From: an uncultured bacterium
GTDB taxonomy: Bacteria > UBP6 > UBA1177 > JAKLFG01
Direction of reading: 5' to 3'
DNA: 64,000 bases
Assembly: GCA_937871295.1 (NCBI GenBank)
Contig: CALMRE010000074.1
Location: 5,088-69,087 of the forward strand
Part shown: one piece after another, positions 51,328 through 59,872 of the stretch
Layout: every line of letters begins with the position of its first letter
Position numbering within the stretch: position 1 is the stretch's first letter
Notes under the pieces: generated by a model
Database searches by the model: none
What the model was told of the DNA's origin: nothing
The model's input: the letters and a program-made list of their open reading frames with translations, nothing else
Program-made: the position numbers and the translations under genes

Positions 51328-52761
51328 GTGACCGACGAACTCCTCTCCGACGGGTCCGATATTGCGGTCACCGATGATCCGACCGACAGCGAACAGCCCG
51401 ATACGACCGATGTCGACATCGTCGTGCAGATATGCACCCCCGACGAGGTGGTCGAATGTCCCTACGGCGCCGACCCTAACACCAAGGGGGTCGGTCCCTG
51501 CAAGGCGGGAACGAAGATATTTTTCCCCGACGGCTCGCAGTTCAGCCCCTGTTCGGGAGAGGTGCTTCCCCAGACCGAGATCTGCGGTAACAGCGTAGAT
51601 GACAACTGCAACAACGATACCGACGAGAATGTCGACGAGGATGGCGACGGCTGGGGTTCCTGCTCCGACGACTGTTGTGACTCGATCCTCAAGTGTACTG
51701 ATCCGGCAAAGGTGAACCCCGGCGCGATCGAGGTGCAGGGCGACGGTTTCGACAACGACTGCAACGACCAGATCGACGAGGACCCGCGCGTTCCCTGTTC
51801 GAGCGGCACGAAGTTCAGCGGCACCACCGCCGCCGACCTCATCAACGGCATCGATATCTGTAAGGTCGCGGCGAACGGTTCGTGGGGTATCGTCGGCACC
51901 CCGACACTGACCCGCGCCGACGGTTCGGGAGCGCCCGACAACCTTCAGATAAGCCTCATGACCCAGTTCGGCACCCACGCATCAAATGCTTACATCTACG
52001 GCGGGAACATGTCATCGCTCTCTTCAGGCCGCGCCCGCGACGCCAACGATCCCGATCCGACCACTACGCTGACCTATTCGTATCAGACCGGCAATCCGCC
52101 CGCCGACTTCAGCGCACCCTACGGCGGCGGCGCCAATCTGCCCGAAACGAACGCCGATTGCCCGGCCGGTTCCGGCGCGAACGATTCGGTGATGCTCTCG
52201 GTGCAACTCAAGGTTCCCACCAACGCCCTCTCCTTCTCTTTCAACTTCCGGTTCTTCTCGCAGGAATATATGGACTATCAGTGCTCCGCCTACAACGATT
52301 TCTTCATCGCGATGCTTTACACCGGCGCTGCGGGGATCCCCGCCGACAAGAACATCTCGTTCGACTCGAACGCCAGCTACATCAGCGTCAACTCGCAAGA
52401 GTTCTTCACCGTCTGCGAGGACAAGGAGGACGGTTGCGGCGGCACCGCCTACGACTGCACCGACGGCACCGACGCCCTCGCCGGGACCGGCTGGGACCCG
52501 GCCGACGCGGGCGGCACCCAGTGGCTTTCGACCTCCGCGCCGGTCGTCCCGGGCGAGACCATCACCCTCAAGTTCGTGATCTGGGACACCTCCGATCAGG
52601 CGCTCGACTCGATAGTTCTGATAGACAATTTCAAGTGGAGCGCGCAAGGATCGAGCGGTCCCTCGACCTTCGAATGCTGGGATATCAATCAGAATACCAC
52701 CTGCGATATCGCGACCGAGGACCTGTCGGGCGACGGCATCTGTTCCGAACGCGACTGCTGA
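51328..52761 (+). CDS. Third choice-of-anchor L/MopE-motif protein; lacks a signal peptide (possibly 5'-deleted)
   Basis: Same architecture as 686..2287 (EICGNSVDDNCN, DEDGDGW, FFSQEY..YNDFF, IWDTSD..LDS..LIDNFKW) but begins inside the acidic linker; ATG51321 is out of frame. Confidence 0.75.
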   Translation: MTDELLSDGSDIAVTDDPTDSEQPDTTDVDIVVQICTPDEVVECPYGADPNTKGVGPCKAGTKIFFPDGSQFSPCSGEVLPQTEICGNSVDDNCNNDTDENVDEDGDGWGSCSDDCCDSILKCTDPAKVNPGAIEVQGDGFDNDCNDQIDEDPRVPCSSGTKFSGTTAADLINGIDICKVAANGSWGIVGTPTLTRADGSGAPDNLQISLMTQFGTHASNAYIYGGNMSSLSSGRARDANDPDPTTTLTYSYQTGNPPADFSAPYGGGANLPETNADCPAGSGANDSVMLSVQLKVPTNALSFSFNFRFFSQEYMDYQCSAYNDFFIAMLYTGAAGIPADKNISFDSNASYISVNSQEFFTVCEDKEDGCGGTAYDCTDGTDALAGTGWDPADAGGTQWLSTSAPVVPGETITLKFVIWDTSDQALDSIVLIDNFKWSAQGSSGPSTFECWDINQNTTCDIATEDLSGDGICSERDC

Positions 52762-52784
52762 TGTAATGAATTGAGCGGTGCGAT

Positions 52785-53297
52785 CTACCGCGCCGCGAGG
52801 ACCGTTTCTATCTCACCCACATACATCCGGTGATAATCCTTCGACGGATAATTGCCGTCGATGGACGCATCGATGAAGTTCTTCGGCTCGAGATCCTGAA
52901 AATAGAGCTTGCGGCAGATGAGGGTGAGGCGCGATTCGGCGAAGTAGGGGACCGTATTGTGGCGCCGGAGCGTCAGCCCCGACTCTTTCACCTTCTCCTT
53001 CTTGTGGCCCGAGAGCGATCCGCAGAGTTTCAGCGCGTCGCGGTGCTCTTCGGGGAAGAAGCCGACCGAGAAAACGGGTTCCTTTTCCATATATATATAG
53101 GTATAGCGCTGCGGCCGGACGAAAACGAAGACCACATTGCGGTTCCAGAGCACCCCCAGACCGGCCCACGCGATGGTCATCATCGTCGCCTTTTCTTTGT
53201 CGCCCGCCGTAAGGAGCGCCCACTCCTTGCCGAAAGCGGTGCAGGGGTTGTCGGTGATGTCGAACGGGCTGATCTCTTTGAACAACTTCTCGGTCAT
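52785..53297 (-). CDS. Flavin reductase-like family protein
   Basis: WALLTAG...MMTIAWAGLGVLWN...VRPQRYT...CGSLSG...DYHRMYVGEI. Confidence 0.88.
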   Translation of the reverse strand: MTEKLFKEISPFDITDNPCTAFGKEWALLTAGDKEKATMMTIAWAGLGVLWNRNVVFVFVRPQRYTYIYMEKEPVFSVGFFPEEHRDALKLCGSLSGHKKEKVKESGLTLRRHNTVPYFAESRLTLICRKLYFQDLEPKNFIDASIDGNYPSKDYHRMYVGEIETVLAAR

Positions 53298-53358
53298 CGG
53301 CTCCTCCGTCGGTTAGGTCAACGGAGCGATGATAGCGGAAGCGGGCAGGGAAGTCAAA

Positions 53359-53447
53359 CCGACACCCTCAGGCCGTTGGCCAGCTCCCTGCGACAGGGAG
53401 CCTCCGACAAAGCTCTCCTGATGCAGGGGAGGCAGGAGGGGTGTTGG
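53359..53447. repeat. Composite REP/MITE-like palindromic element, copy 1
   Basis: acaccctc...ctccctg-cga-cagggag...aagctctcctg-atg-caggggaggcaggaggggtgt; matches 59775..59858. Confidence 0.85.
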
Positions 53448-53450
53448 TAT

Positions 53451-53813
53451 TTACGCCGCCTTCGTTTTCAGCAGGACCTTTTCGATGGCGTCGACCAGAG
53501 CGGCCTTGGGGAGCGCCCCCATCGACATCTGCGGTTTGTCGCTCATCGGGATGAAGAGGATCGACGGTATCGAGCGGATGCCGAAGACCTGCGCCAGTTC
53601 CTGCTCCTGATCGGTGTTCACCTTGTAGATGTCCACTTTGCCGTCGTACTGGACGGCGAGGTCGGCGAGCACCGGAGCGACCGCTTTGCAGGGGCCGCAC
53701 CAGTCGGCGTAGAAGTCGACGATGGCGGGACGGGCGCCGGCGAACTTCCACTCCTTGCTTTTCTCGTAGTCGAATACTTTCTGCTTGAATGTCTCTTTCG
53801 TCAGATTTTCCAT
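53451..53813 (-). CDS. trxA: Thioredoxin
   Basis: VDFYADWCGPCK; FGIRSIPS; AAGGAGG RBS. Confidence 0.93.
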   Translation of the reverse strand: MENLTKETFKQKVFDYEKSKEWKFAGARPAIVDFYADWCGPCKAVAPVLADLAVQYDGKVDIYKVNTDQEQELAQVFGIRSIPSILFIPMSDKPQMSMGALPKAALVDAIEKVLLKTKAA

Positions 53814-53963
53814 GTAGCGCCTCCTTCTTGCTACTAGCAAACAGATTTATAAGGCTGCTTGTCTGGAAGTCAAGGCCGGGCAAGAATTTCTTTTAAAAAA
53901 ATTTCTTGATTCAGGATTCAAGTGAGGGTAAAATCGCGATGACTTTGGGAGAAGGATTTTATA

Positions 53964-54377
53964 ATGAAATCGGCACCGTTGCTGGCACTTGCGGCGTGCA
54001 TCATCCTCGCCTCCTGCGCCACGATGAAGAATGCCGACACTCGCCCGACCGAAGGCAGTTGCATGGCAAGCTATGACTCGGGACGGATCGGCGAGAAAGA
54101 AGTACTTGCCGGAAATATCCTTTTGCCGGTGGGCCTTGCTTTCATGGTGATCGGCTTGCCAACAATGCTTGTTTCGGTAGGACCAGCCTATAGCGGCGAG
54201 GAGCACTTCATTCCCGGTACGGTATTTACCGCCATTGGCGGTATGGCGATAATTGCGGGCATCGTAACTCTTGTTGATGGACACCGCCGCGTGGATAAAT
54301 GGAACGACTACTGCACCGGGGCCACCGCCGCCGAGCGGTATTGTCTGTTTGAACCGTTAGGCGAACAAAGACAATAA
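53964..54377 (+). CDS. Small membrane lipoprotein, hypothetical
   Basis: Lipobox LASC; two TM segments. Confidence 0.6.
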   Translation: MKSAPLLALAACIILASCATMKNADTRPTEGSCMASYDSGRIGEKEVLAGNILLPVGLAFMVIGLPTMLVSVGPAYSGEEHFIPGTVFTAIGGMAIIAGIVTLVDGHRRVDKWNDYCTGATAAERYCLFEPLGEQRQ

Positions 54378-54391
54378 AATAGGAGACAACA

Positions 54392-55246
54392 ATGCCCATC
54401 AACATCCCGCCCTTCTGGGCCAAGTATGAACACCGCGAAGGGAAGGATTCGGTCATTGTCAACGGCTGGTCGACCCGCTCGCAGTCCGAGGCGCTGGAGA
54501 ACGCTCAGAAGCGCGCCAAGAAGGTATTCGACCTCGTCCTGTCGGGCAAAAAACTGGGCGAATACGACTACAGCACCCTCCCCATCCGCGAACAGATACT
54601 CGAGACGGTCACCCACGACGGCAAACAGATCGCCGTCATATCGCGCAACCGTTACGGCGCGGCGGTCCTCAACACCGAGAAAGTGCTTTTCGCCGACGTC
54701 GACTTCAAGCCCTTCTCGGCCGGCGGCATCTTCAACGCCATCGCGCTCCTGTTCAATGCCGCGAAAAAAAAGGAACTCGTCGAAGCACAGCGGAACGCCG
54801 AGATCGCCCGCATTGTCTCGTGGGGCGGGAAGAACTACGACCATCCGTTCCGCCTGTACCGCACCTGCGCCGGTCTGCGGCTCCTGTTCACCGGCCGCCC
54901 CTACGACCCGAAGGATAACGAAACGATACGGCTGTTGGAAGCGCTCGGTTCCGATCCGCTCTACATCAGATTGACCAAGAACCAGTCGTGTTTCCGCGCC
55001 CGGTTGACCGCCAAACCGTGGCGTATCGCTCTGGACCGGCCGCCGGCGGTTTTCCCCTTCATGAATAACCGCGATTCGGGCAAGTATCGGCACTGGCTCG
55101 ATGACTATCTGGCGAAAAGCGAACGCTACCGCGCCTGTGAACTCATCGGCGAAGGGCGCCGCATAGAAGATCCCGAGATCCGCAAGGTGGTGGAATTGCA
55201 CGACCGGATGTGCCGTATCGGCGATAAGGAATTGCCTCTCGCATAA
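54392..55246 (+). CDS. Conserved hypothetical protein with possible AEP/primase-like motifs
   Basis: AGGAG RBS; RNRYGA.VLN, VLFADVD, RLYRT.AGLRLL, DPLY, CFRARLTAKPWR. Confidence 0.75.
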   Translation: MPINIPPFWAKYEHREGKDSVIVNGWSTRSQSEALENAQKRAKKVFDLVLSGKKLGEYDYSTLPIREQILETVTHDGKQIAVISRNRYGAAVLNTEKVLFADVDFKPFSAGGIFNAIALLFNAAKKKELVEAQRNAEIARIVSWGGKNYDHPFRLYRTCAGLRLLFTGRPYDPKDNETIRLLEALGSDPLYIRLTKNQSCFRARLTAKPWRIALDRPPAVFPFMNNRDSGKYRHWLDDYLAKSERYRACELIGEGRRIEDPEIRKVVELHDRMCRIGDKELPLA

Positions 55247-55426
55247 AAAATCCCTTACCGCGAAACTAACCGGGCGCTAGTCCGGTCTGTTGTGATAGGT
55301 AATGACGGACAGGGACGGGTTTGAAAGGGACGCTGAAGGGGGCGATACCCCTTTGATTTTCGTCGTTTTTCCTTGACAGTCACTTTGCGCCGGATAGGCT
55401 GACGGGGACCGTGACGGAGGTTCCCG

Positions 55427-56575
55427 ATGCCCACCTATGAACGCCCCGCTGGATCGCTCATCAGTTATATGTCGGACAAGGTCAAGGCGGGGGGCGGGCT
55501 CAATCTCGCGCAGGGACTTCCCGGGTTTCCGCCGCCGCCGGAACTGACCGATATCCTGAAAGAACTTTCCGATCAGCCGGTCCACCAGTATGCCCCCGGG
55601 AGAGGAGACAACGATCTGCGCGATATCCTGCCGACGCTCTTTCCCGGCGGCCCGGCGCGCGACCAGTTCATCGTGACGAACGGCGCGACCGAGGCGATCA
55701 CGCTGACCTACCTCTACCTCAGCCGCCGCGAGGCGCAGCCTTTTTCGGCGCTCGCCTTCGAGCCGGTCTATGAAAGTTACCGCAATCTGCCGCAGATATT
55801 CGGGAATCATTTTGTTGCGTTCGACATCGGCGAGGGTCTTTTCGGACGTGAAGAGGCATTCCGGCAGGTGGTGCGCGACCAGCAGGTGAAGATCGTCTTC
55901 GTCTCCTCGCCGGGTAACCCGCTCGGCCGCGTCTGGCGGCGCGACGAACTCGAACGGCTGGCGGCGCTGAGCGACGAACTCGACTTCTCGCTCATCGTCG
56001 ACGGTGTCTACCGCGAGATCTATTTCGGCGAGCAGCCGTGGCTGCCGACCGACCGCATATCGCCGCGCCTGTTTTACGCCGATTCCTTCTCCAAGACGCT
56101 CTCGATAACGGGGTGGCGCGTCGGTTTCCTCGCGGCGCATCCGTCGCATCTGGCGGCGCTGCGCACCATCCACGACTACACCGGGCTTTCGTCGCCGTCG
56201 GTGCTCCAGAAGGCGATCGCCCGCTATCTGGCGGCGCACGACAACGGCGCGGCCTACCTCGCGGCGGCTCGCCGCACGGTGGGGACATCGTTCGTGGCGC
56301 TTAAAAAGATGCTGACGGCGCTCGGGTTCCGCATACCGCCCATCGACGGCGGCTACTTCATCTGGGCCGAGTTGCCGGAAGGGTTCGACGACGGGCTCGC
56401 CTTCGCCGAAGAACTCTACGCGCAGGAAAAACTGGCGGCGGTGCCCGGCATCCATTTCTCCGACGCGGGGGTCCGGTTCGTCCGGTTCAATATCGCCAAA
56501 CCGCTTGCCGACATAGAAGAAGCGGCCCGCCGCATCGAGAAGTTCGTGCGCACGGGCCGCCTATCGGGGGGTTGA
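55427..56575 (+). CDS. PLP-dependent class I/II aminotransferase
   Basis: NLAQGLP, TNGATEA, PGNPLG, DGVY, SFSKTLSITGWRVG, VRFNIAK. Confidence 0.92.
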   Translation: MPTYERPAGSLISYMSDKVKAGGGLNLAQGLPGFPPPPELTDILKELSDQPVHQYAPGRGDNDLRDILPTLFPGGPARDQFIVTNGATEAITLTYLYLSRREAQPFSALAFEPVYESYRNLPQIFGNHFVAFDIGEGLFGREEAFRQVVRDQQVKIVFVSSPGNPLGRVWRRDELERLAALSDELDFSLIVDGVYREIYFGEQPWLPTDRISPRLFYADSFSKTLSITGWRVGFLAAHPSHLAALRTIHDYTGLSSPSVLQKAIARYLAAHDNGAAYLAAARRTVGTSFVALKKMLTALGFRIPPIDGGYFIWAELPEGFDDGLAFAEELYAQEKLAAVPGIHFSDAGVRFVRFNIAKPLADIEEAARRIEKFVRTGRLSGG

Positions 56576-56583
56576 GAGGGGGC

Positions 56584-57090
56584 TTAGTCGTCGTCACCGT
56601 CGGGGCCGGGGCCCATCATGTGATCCATCATCATCTTCTTTTTCTTTTCCATGAAATCGAGTGCTTTCTTGCGCTGCTCGGGGTTGAGTTTAAAGAGCAT
56701 GTCGAGTTTGTGATTCTCCATCAGGAGGGTCTGATCACGGCGCAGGTCGCCGATCTTTTTGATGGAGTTCTGCAACTTCGCCTTGTCGGGATTGGGTTTT
56801 TGGGCCTCCCCCTTCATCGCGATGCGCTCCTCCTTGATCTTGAACTGGATGTCCATCATCTTTTTGTGGGTCTCGTGCATTGAGGCCCGGAACTCGGCCC
56901 GCTGCGCCTCGGGGACGCCAAGCTCTTTGAGCATCTCGTCGTGCATCATCATCATGTGTCCCTTGTGGTCGCCCTTCGGACCGCCCTCGTGGCCGCCGGG
57001 CCCGCCGGGACCACCTTTGCCGTGGTTGGGGCACTGGGCGAGCGCCAAGGCGCTCATCATCAGGATCGCAATGAACATCAACTTTTTCAT
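56584..57090 (-). CDS. Spy/CpxP/ZraP-like periplasmic protein
   Basis: Signal peptide; G/H/M-rich region; ELGVPEAQ...PDKAKL...LNPEQR (LTxxQ-like). Confidence 0.85.
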   Translation of the reverse strand: MKKLMFIAILMMSALALAQCPNHGKGGPGGPGGHEGGPKGDHKGHMMMMHDEMLKELGVPEAQRAEFRASMHETHKKMMDIQFKIKEERIAMKGEAQKPNPDKAKLQNSIKKIGDLRRDQTLLMENHKLDMLFKLNPEQRKKALDFMEKKKKMMMDHMMGPGPDGDDD

Positions 57091-57110
57091 AGGTTTCTCC
57101 CATGCAGTGG

Positions 57111-57365
57111 TTAATACAGGTCCATATCTTCCAGAACGATATCGTGTTCCAGCAGTACCACCTCGAGTTCCACGTCGTTGAGGGTGAACTGCTGCGGTTC
57201 AACGGAACGCTCACGCGGAAGGCCGAACTGCACCGATACGAGGATCGTGAGCGCGAGCGCCGCGGTCGTTACCGCCGCCGCGATGCCGCGCCGCCGCCGG
57301 ATGCGGCCGCCCCGTTCTTTGACGTTGGCGAGGATGTTGTCCCACCGTTCCTGTTCGTTACGCAT
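57111..57365 (-). CDS. Putative single-pass anti-sigma factor
   Basis: Directly follows the ECF sigma; W-x-x-I...RRRR then one TM segment. Confidence 0.65.
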   Translation of the reverse strand: MRNEQERWDNILANVKERGGRIRRRRGIAAAVTTAALALTILVSVQFGLPRERSVEPQQFTLNDVELEVVLLEHDIVLEDMDLY

Positions 57366-57909
57366 GGCCCGCCTCCTGCTGTCGCAGTATCTTCATCTTA
57401 AGTTCCTTCATCCCTAGCGAAAAGAGGTTCCGCGCCGATACCTCGGAGATGCCGAGCGTTTCGCCGATATCGCGGAACGGCAGTTCGTCGACGATCCGCA
57501 GCGTCATGACATTGCGCCGCTTCTCGGGAAGCGCCTGTACCATCCCCATGAACCGTTCGGCCCGCTGAGCGCCGAGCGTGTCGGACTCATGGCCGTCGCC
57601 GGGGGCCGGGAGCACCTCCTCGAGTTCAGATGACAACGCCACTTCGCGCGCCTTGTCGCGGTGGCTTCGGAAGTAGTCGACGACGCTGTTGACCGCCAGC
57701 CGCCGCAGGTAGCCGTCGCGGTTGTCGGCGGCGAGCACCTTGGGGAGTTGCAGGTATATCTTGAGGAATATCTCCTGCACCAGATCGTCGATGAGGTCCG
57801 GCGTCCGGGCGTAGCGCTTGGCGATACTTTCGATCATATGGCGCTTCTTCCAGAAGATCTCGTCGAACTTTTGGTCCCGTTCGCGCCGTGTCTCGAAGAT
57901 CCCGAACAT
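57358..57909 (-). CDS. ECF RNA polymerase sigma factor
   Basis: DDLVQEIFLK...YLRRLAVN..VDYFR; LPEKRR...LPFRDIGETLGISE. Confidence 0.92.
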   Translation of the reverse strand: MFGIFETRRERDQKFDEIFWKKRHMIESIAKRYARTPDLIDDLVQEIFLKIYLQLPKVLAADNRDGYLRRLAVNSVVDYFRSHRDKAREVALSSELEEVLPAPGDGHESDTLGAQRAERFMGMVQALPEKRRNVMTLRIVDELPFRDIGETLGISEVSARNLFSLGMKELKMKILRQQEAGHA

Positions 57910-57997
57910 CGTCACTTGCCTCCCTGAGCACACCCACTATAACGCGGATGGAGAAAAATAGGTAAAAAACTATTTTCGGGTCTTCCCTCCGCCCCGG

Positions 57998-58026
57998 TTG
58001 ACTTCCCCCGCCCGCTTTTGTAGAAT
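57998..58026 (+). promoter_or_regulatory. Putative sigma70 promoter
   Basis: TTGACT-17 nt-TAGAAT. Confidence 0.6.
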
Positions 58027-58054
58027 GCCCTGACACAACGGAGTCTCTGACCGC

Positions 58055-58588
58055 ATGAATCCCATCGCACGCTACCTTGAACTGCGCGAACGGATAGACG
58101 CTGATGCGGCGCGGCTGACTGCGCTCCACGGCGCGAACATCACCTGCCGCGAAGGCTGCACCGGCTGCTGCGTCAACTTCACCGTTTTTCCGGTCGAGTT
58201 CTTCGCTATCCTCCGCGAGATGGAACGCGACGGCCTGAAGCCGCACGAAACCCCGTTCGACACCGCCGCCACCTGCGGATTTCTGCACGAAGGGCTTTGC
58301 CGCATCTACCGTTACCGCCCGATCATCTGCCGCACCCACGGCCTGCCGATACTCTATCTCGACGATACCGGCGGCGCGCTCAAGTGGGAGGTCTCCTTCT
58401 GCGAACTCAACTTCACCGGGGCGGGGCCGTTCGAATTCACCGACGAGACACTGCTCGACCTTGAGGCGCTCAACACCGAACTCTACCTCATCAACCGCGA
58501 ATTCGTCGCGTCGCTCCACGAAAAGAAATATCATGAGAATTCACGGATAGCGCTGAAAGATATCTGCCAAAAACCGGAGGAACGATGA
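58055..58588 (+). CDS. YkgJ family cysteine-cluster protein
   Basis: CREGCTGCC...CGFL...CRIYRYRPIICRTHG...CELNF. Confidence 0.9.
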   Translation: MNPIARYLELRERIDADAARLTALHGANITCREGCTGCCVNFTVFPVEFFAILREMERDGLKPHETPFDTAATCGFLHEGLCRIYRYRPIICRTHGLPILYLDDTGGALKWEVSFCELNFTGAGPFEFTDETLLDLEALNTELYLINREFVASLHEKKYHENSRIALKDICQKPEER

Positions 58589-59172
58589 AGAGACTGATCG
58601 CCCTGTGTATCACTCTGCTGATGACCACCCTGCTTTTCGGAGGTGAACCGATGAACGACACCATCAAGACCATCATGAACCGCAAAAGTGTCCGCGCCTA
58701 CAAAGAGGGGCCGGTCAGTAAGGATCAGTTGGAGGTCATCGTCAAGGCGGGTATGGCCGCGCCGACCGCCGTCGACAAGCGGCCGTGGGAATTCATCGTC
58801 GTCACCGATAAGGTGATGCTCAAGAAACTCAGCGACATCCTTCCCTACGCGAAGATGGTGGAAAAGGCGGGCGCGGCGATCATCGTCGCGGGCGACCTTG
58901 ACCGTCAGCAGGGCGGGCGCGAATCGGACTTCTGGGTGGTCGACTGTTCGGCGGCGACCGAGAATATCCTGCTCGCGATCGAATCGCTCGGGCTCGGCGC
59001 GGTGTGGACGGCGGTCTATCCCGACAAGGAACGGATAGAGACGGTCCGCAAACTGCTCAAGATACCGTCGACCGTCGTGCCGCTCAATGTCATCCCGGTC
59101 GGCATCCCGACCGGCGCCGAGAAGCCGAAGGACAAGTGGAACCCGAAACAGTTGCATTGGAACGGCTGGTGA
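58585..59172 (+). CDS. Nitroreductase family protein
   Basis: RKSVRAY, AAPTA...PWEFIVV, DCSAATENILLAIESLGLGAVW. Confidence 0.93.
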   Translation: MKRLIALCITLLMTTLLFGGEPMNDTIKTIMNRKSVRAYKEGPVSKDQLEVIVKAGMAAPTAVDKRPWEFIVVTDKVMLKKLSDILPYAKMVEKAGAAIIVAGDLDRQQGGRESDFWVVDCSAATENILLAIESLGLGAVWTAVYPDKERIETVRKLLKIPSTVVPLNVIPVGIPTGAEKPKDKWNPKQLHWNGW

Positions 59173-59227
59173 GGATTCGTGAATCGTGAGCGGTGAGCGG
59201 TGTTTTTAGAAAAAGAGAGGTTCCCTT

Positions 59228-59746
59228 ATGAGAAAAAAGACCCTGCTTGCCCTCATCTGTGCCGCGGTCGGCTTCGGCTGTGCCTCGTCGGGCGATCTGC
59301 CGCCGCTCCAGACGGTGGCGAAACTCGACATCAACCGCTACCTCGGTAAGTGGCACGAGATCGCGCGCTACGACCACCGGTTCCAGCGCGGCTGTGTCGG
59401 TTCGACCGCCGAGTACGCGCTTCTTCCCGACGGCCGCATCTCGGTGACGAACACCTGCCGCGAGGAGGATGAACCCGGCAAGGTACGTCAAAGTACCGGT
59501 GTCGCGTGGGTCGATGACCCGGCCGAACCGGCGAAACTGCGCGTCCGTTTCTTCTGGCCCTTCAGCGCCGCCTACTGGGTCATTGCGCTTGACGAGGAGT
59601 ATCAGTGGGCCGTCGTCGGCCACCCGAGCCGCGACTACCTCTGGATACTGTCGCGCACCCCAACGATGGACGAAGAACTCTACCAGAAGATACTCGCCCT
59701 CATCACCGCCCAGCGGTACGATGTGGGGAAATTGAAGAAAATGTAG
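59228..59746 (+). CDS. blc: Lipocalin lipoprotein (Blc family)
   Basis: Lipobox GFGC; LDINRYLGKWHEIAR; FFWPF...YWVI; YLWILSRTP. Confidence 0.92.
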   Translation: MRKKTLLALICAAVGFGCASSGDLPPLQTVAKLDINRYLGKWHEIARYDHRFQRGCVGSTAEYALLPDGRISVTNTCREEDEPGKVRQSTGVAWVDDPAEPAKLRVRFFWPFSAAYWVIALDEEYQWAVVGHPSRDYLWILSRTPTMDEELYQKILALITAQRYDVGKLKKM

Positions 59747-59766
59747 GGGTGCGATTCATCGCGCCC
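59743..59766 (+). repeat. GTAG-type REP palindrome
   Basis: GTAG-GGGTGCGAT-TC-ATCGCGCCC, overlapping the blc stop codon. Confidence 0.6.
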
Positions 59767-59774
59767 TCATAAGA

Positions 59775-59858
59775 ACACCCTCCGTCGCTACGCGCCACCT
59801 CCCTGCGACAGGGAGGCAGATCGAAGCTCCCCTGATGCAGGGGAGGCAGGAGGGGTGT
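59775..59858. repeat. Composite REP/MITE-like palindromic element, copy 2
   Basis: acaccctccgtcgctacgcgccacctccctgcgacagggag...aagctcccctgatgcaggggaggcaggaggggtgt. Confidence 0.85.
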
Positions 59859-59872
59859 GGGTTTGCGGGACT

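Noticed and set aside
59174..59202. Short heptamer-like repeats (tcgtgaa tcgtgag cggtgag cggtg)
   Set aside because: Too short and degenerate to assign; no associated gene supports a function.
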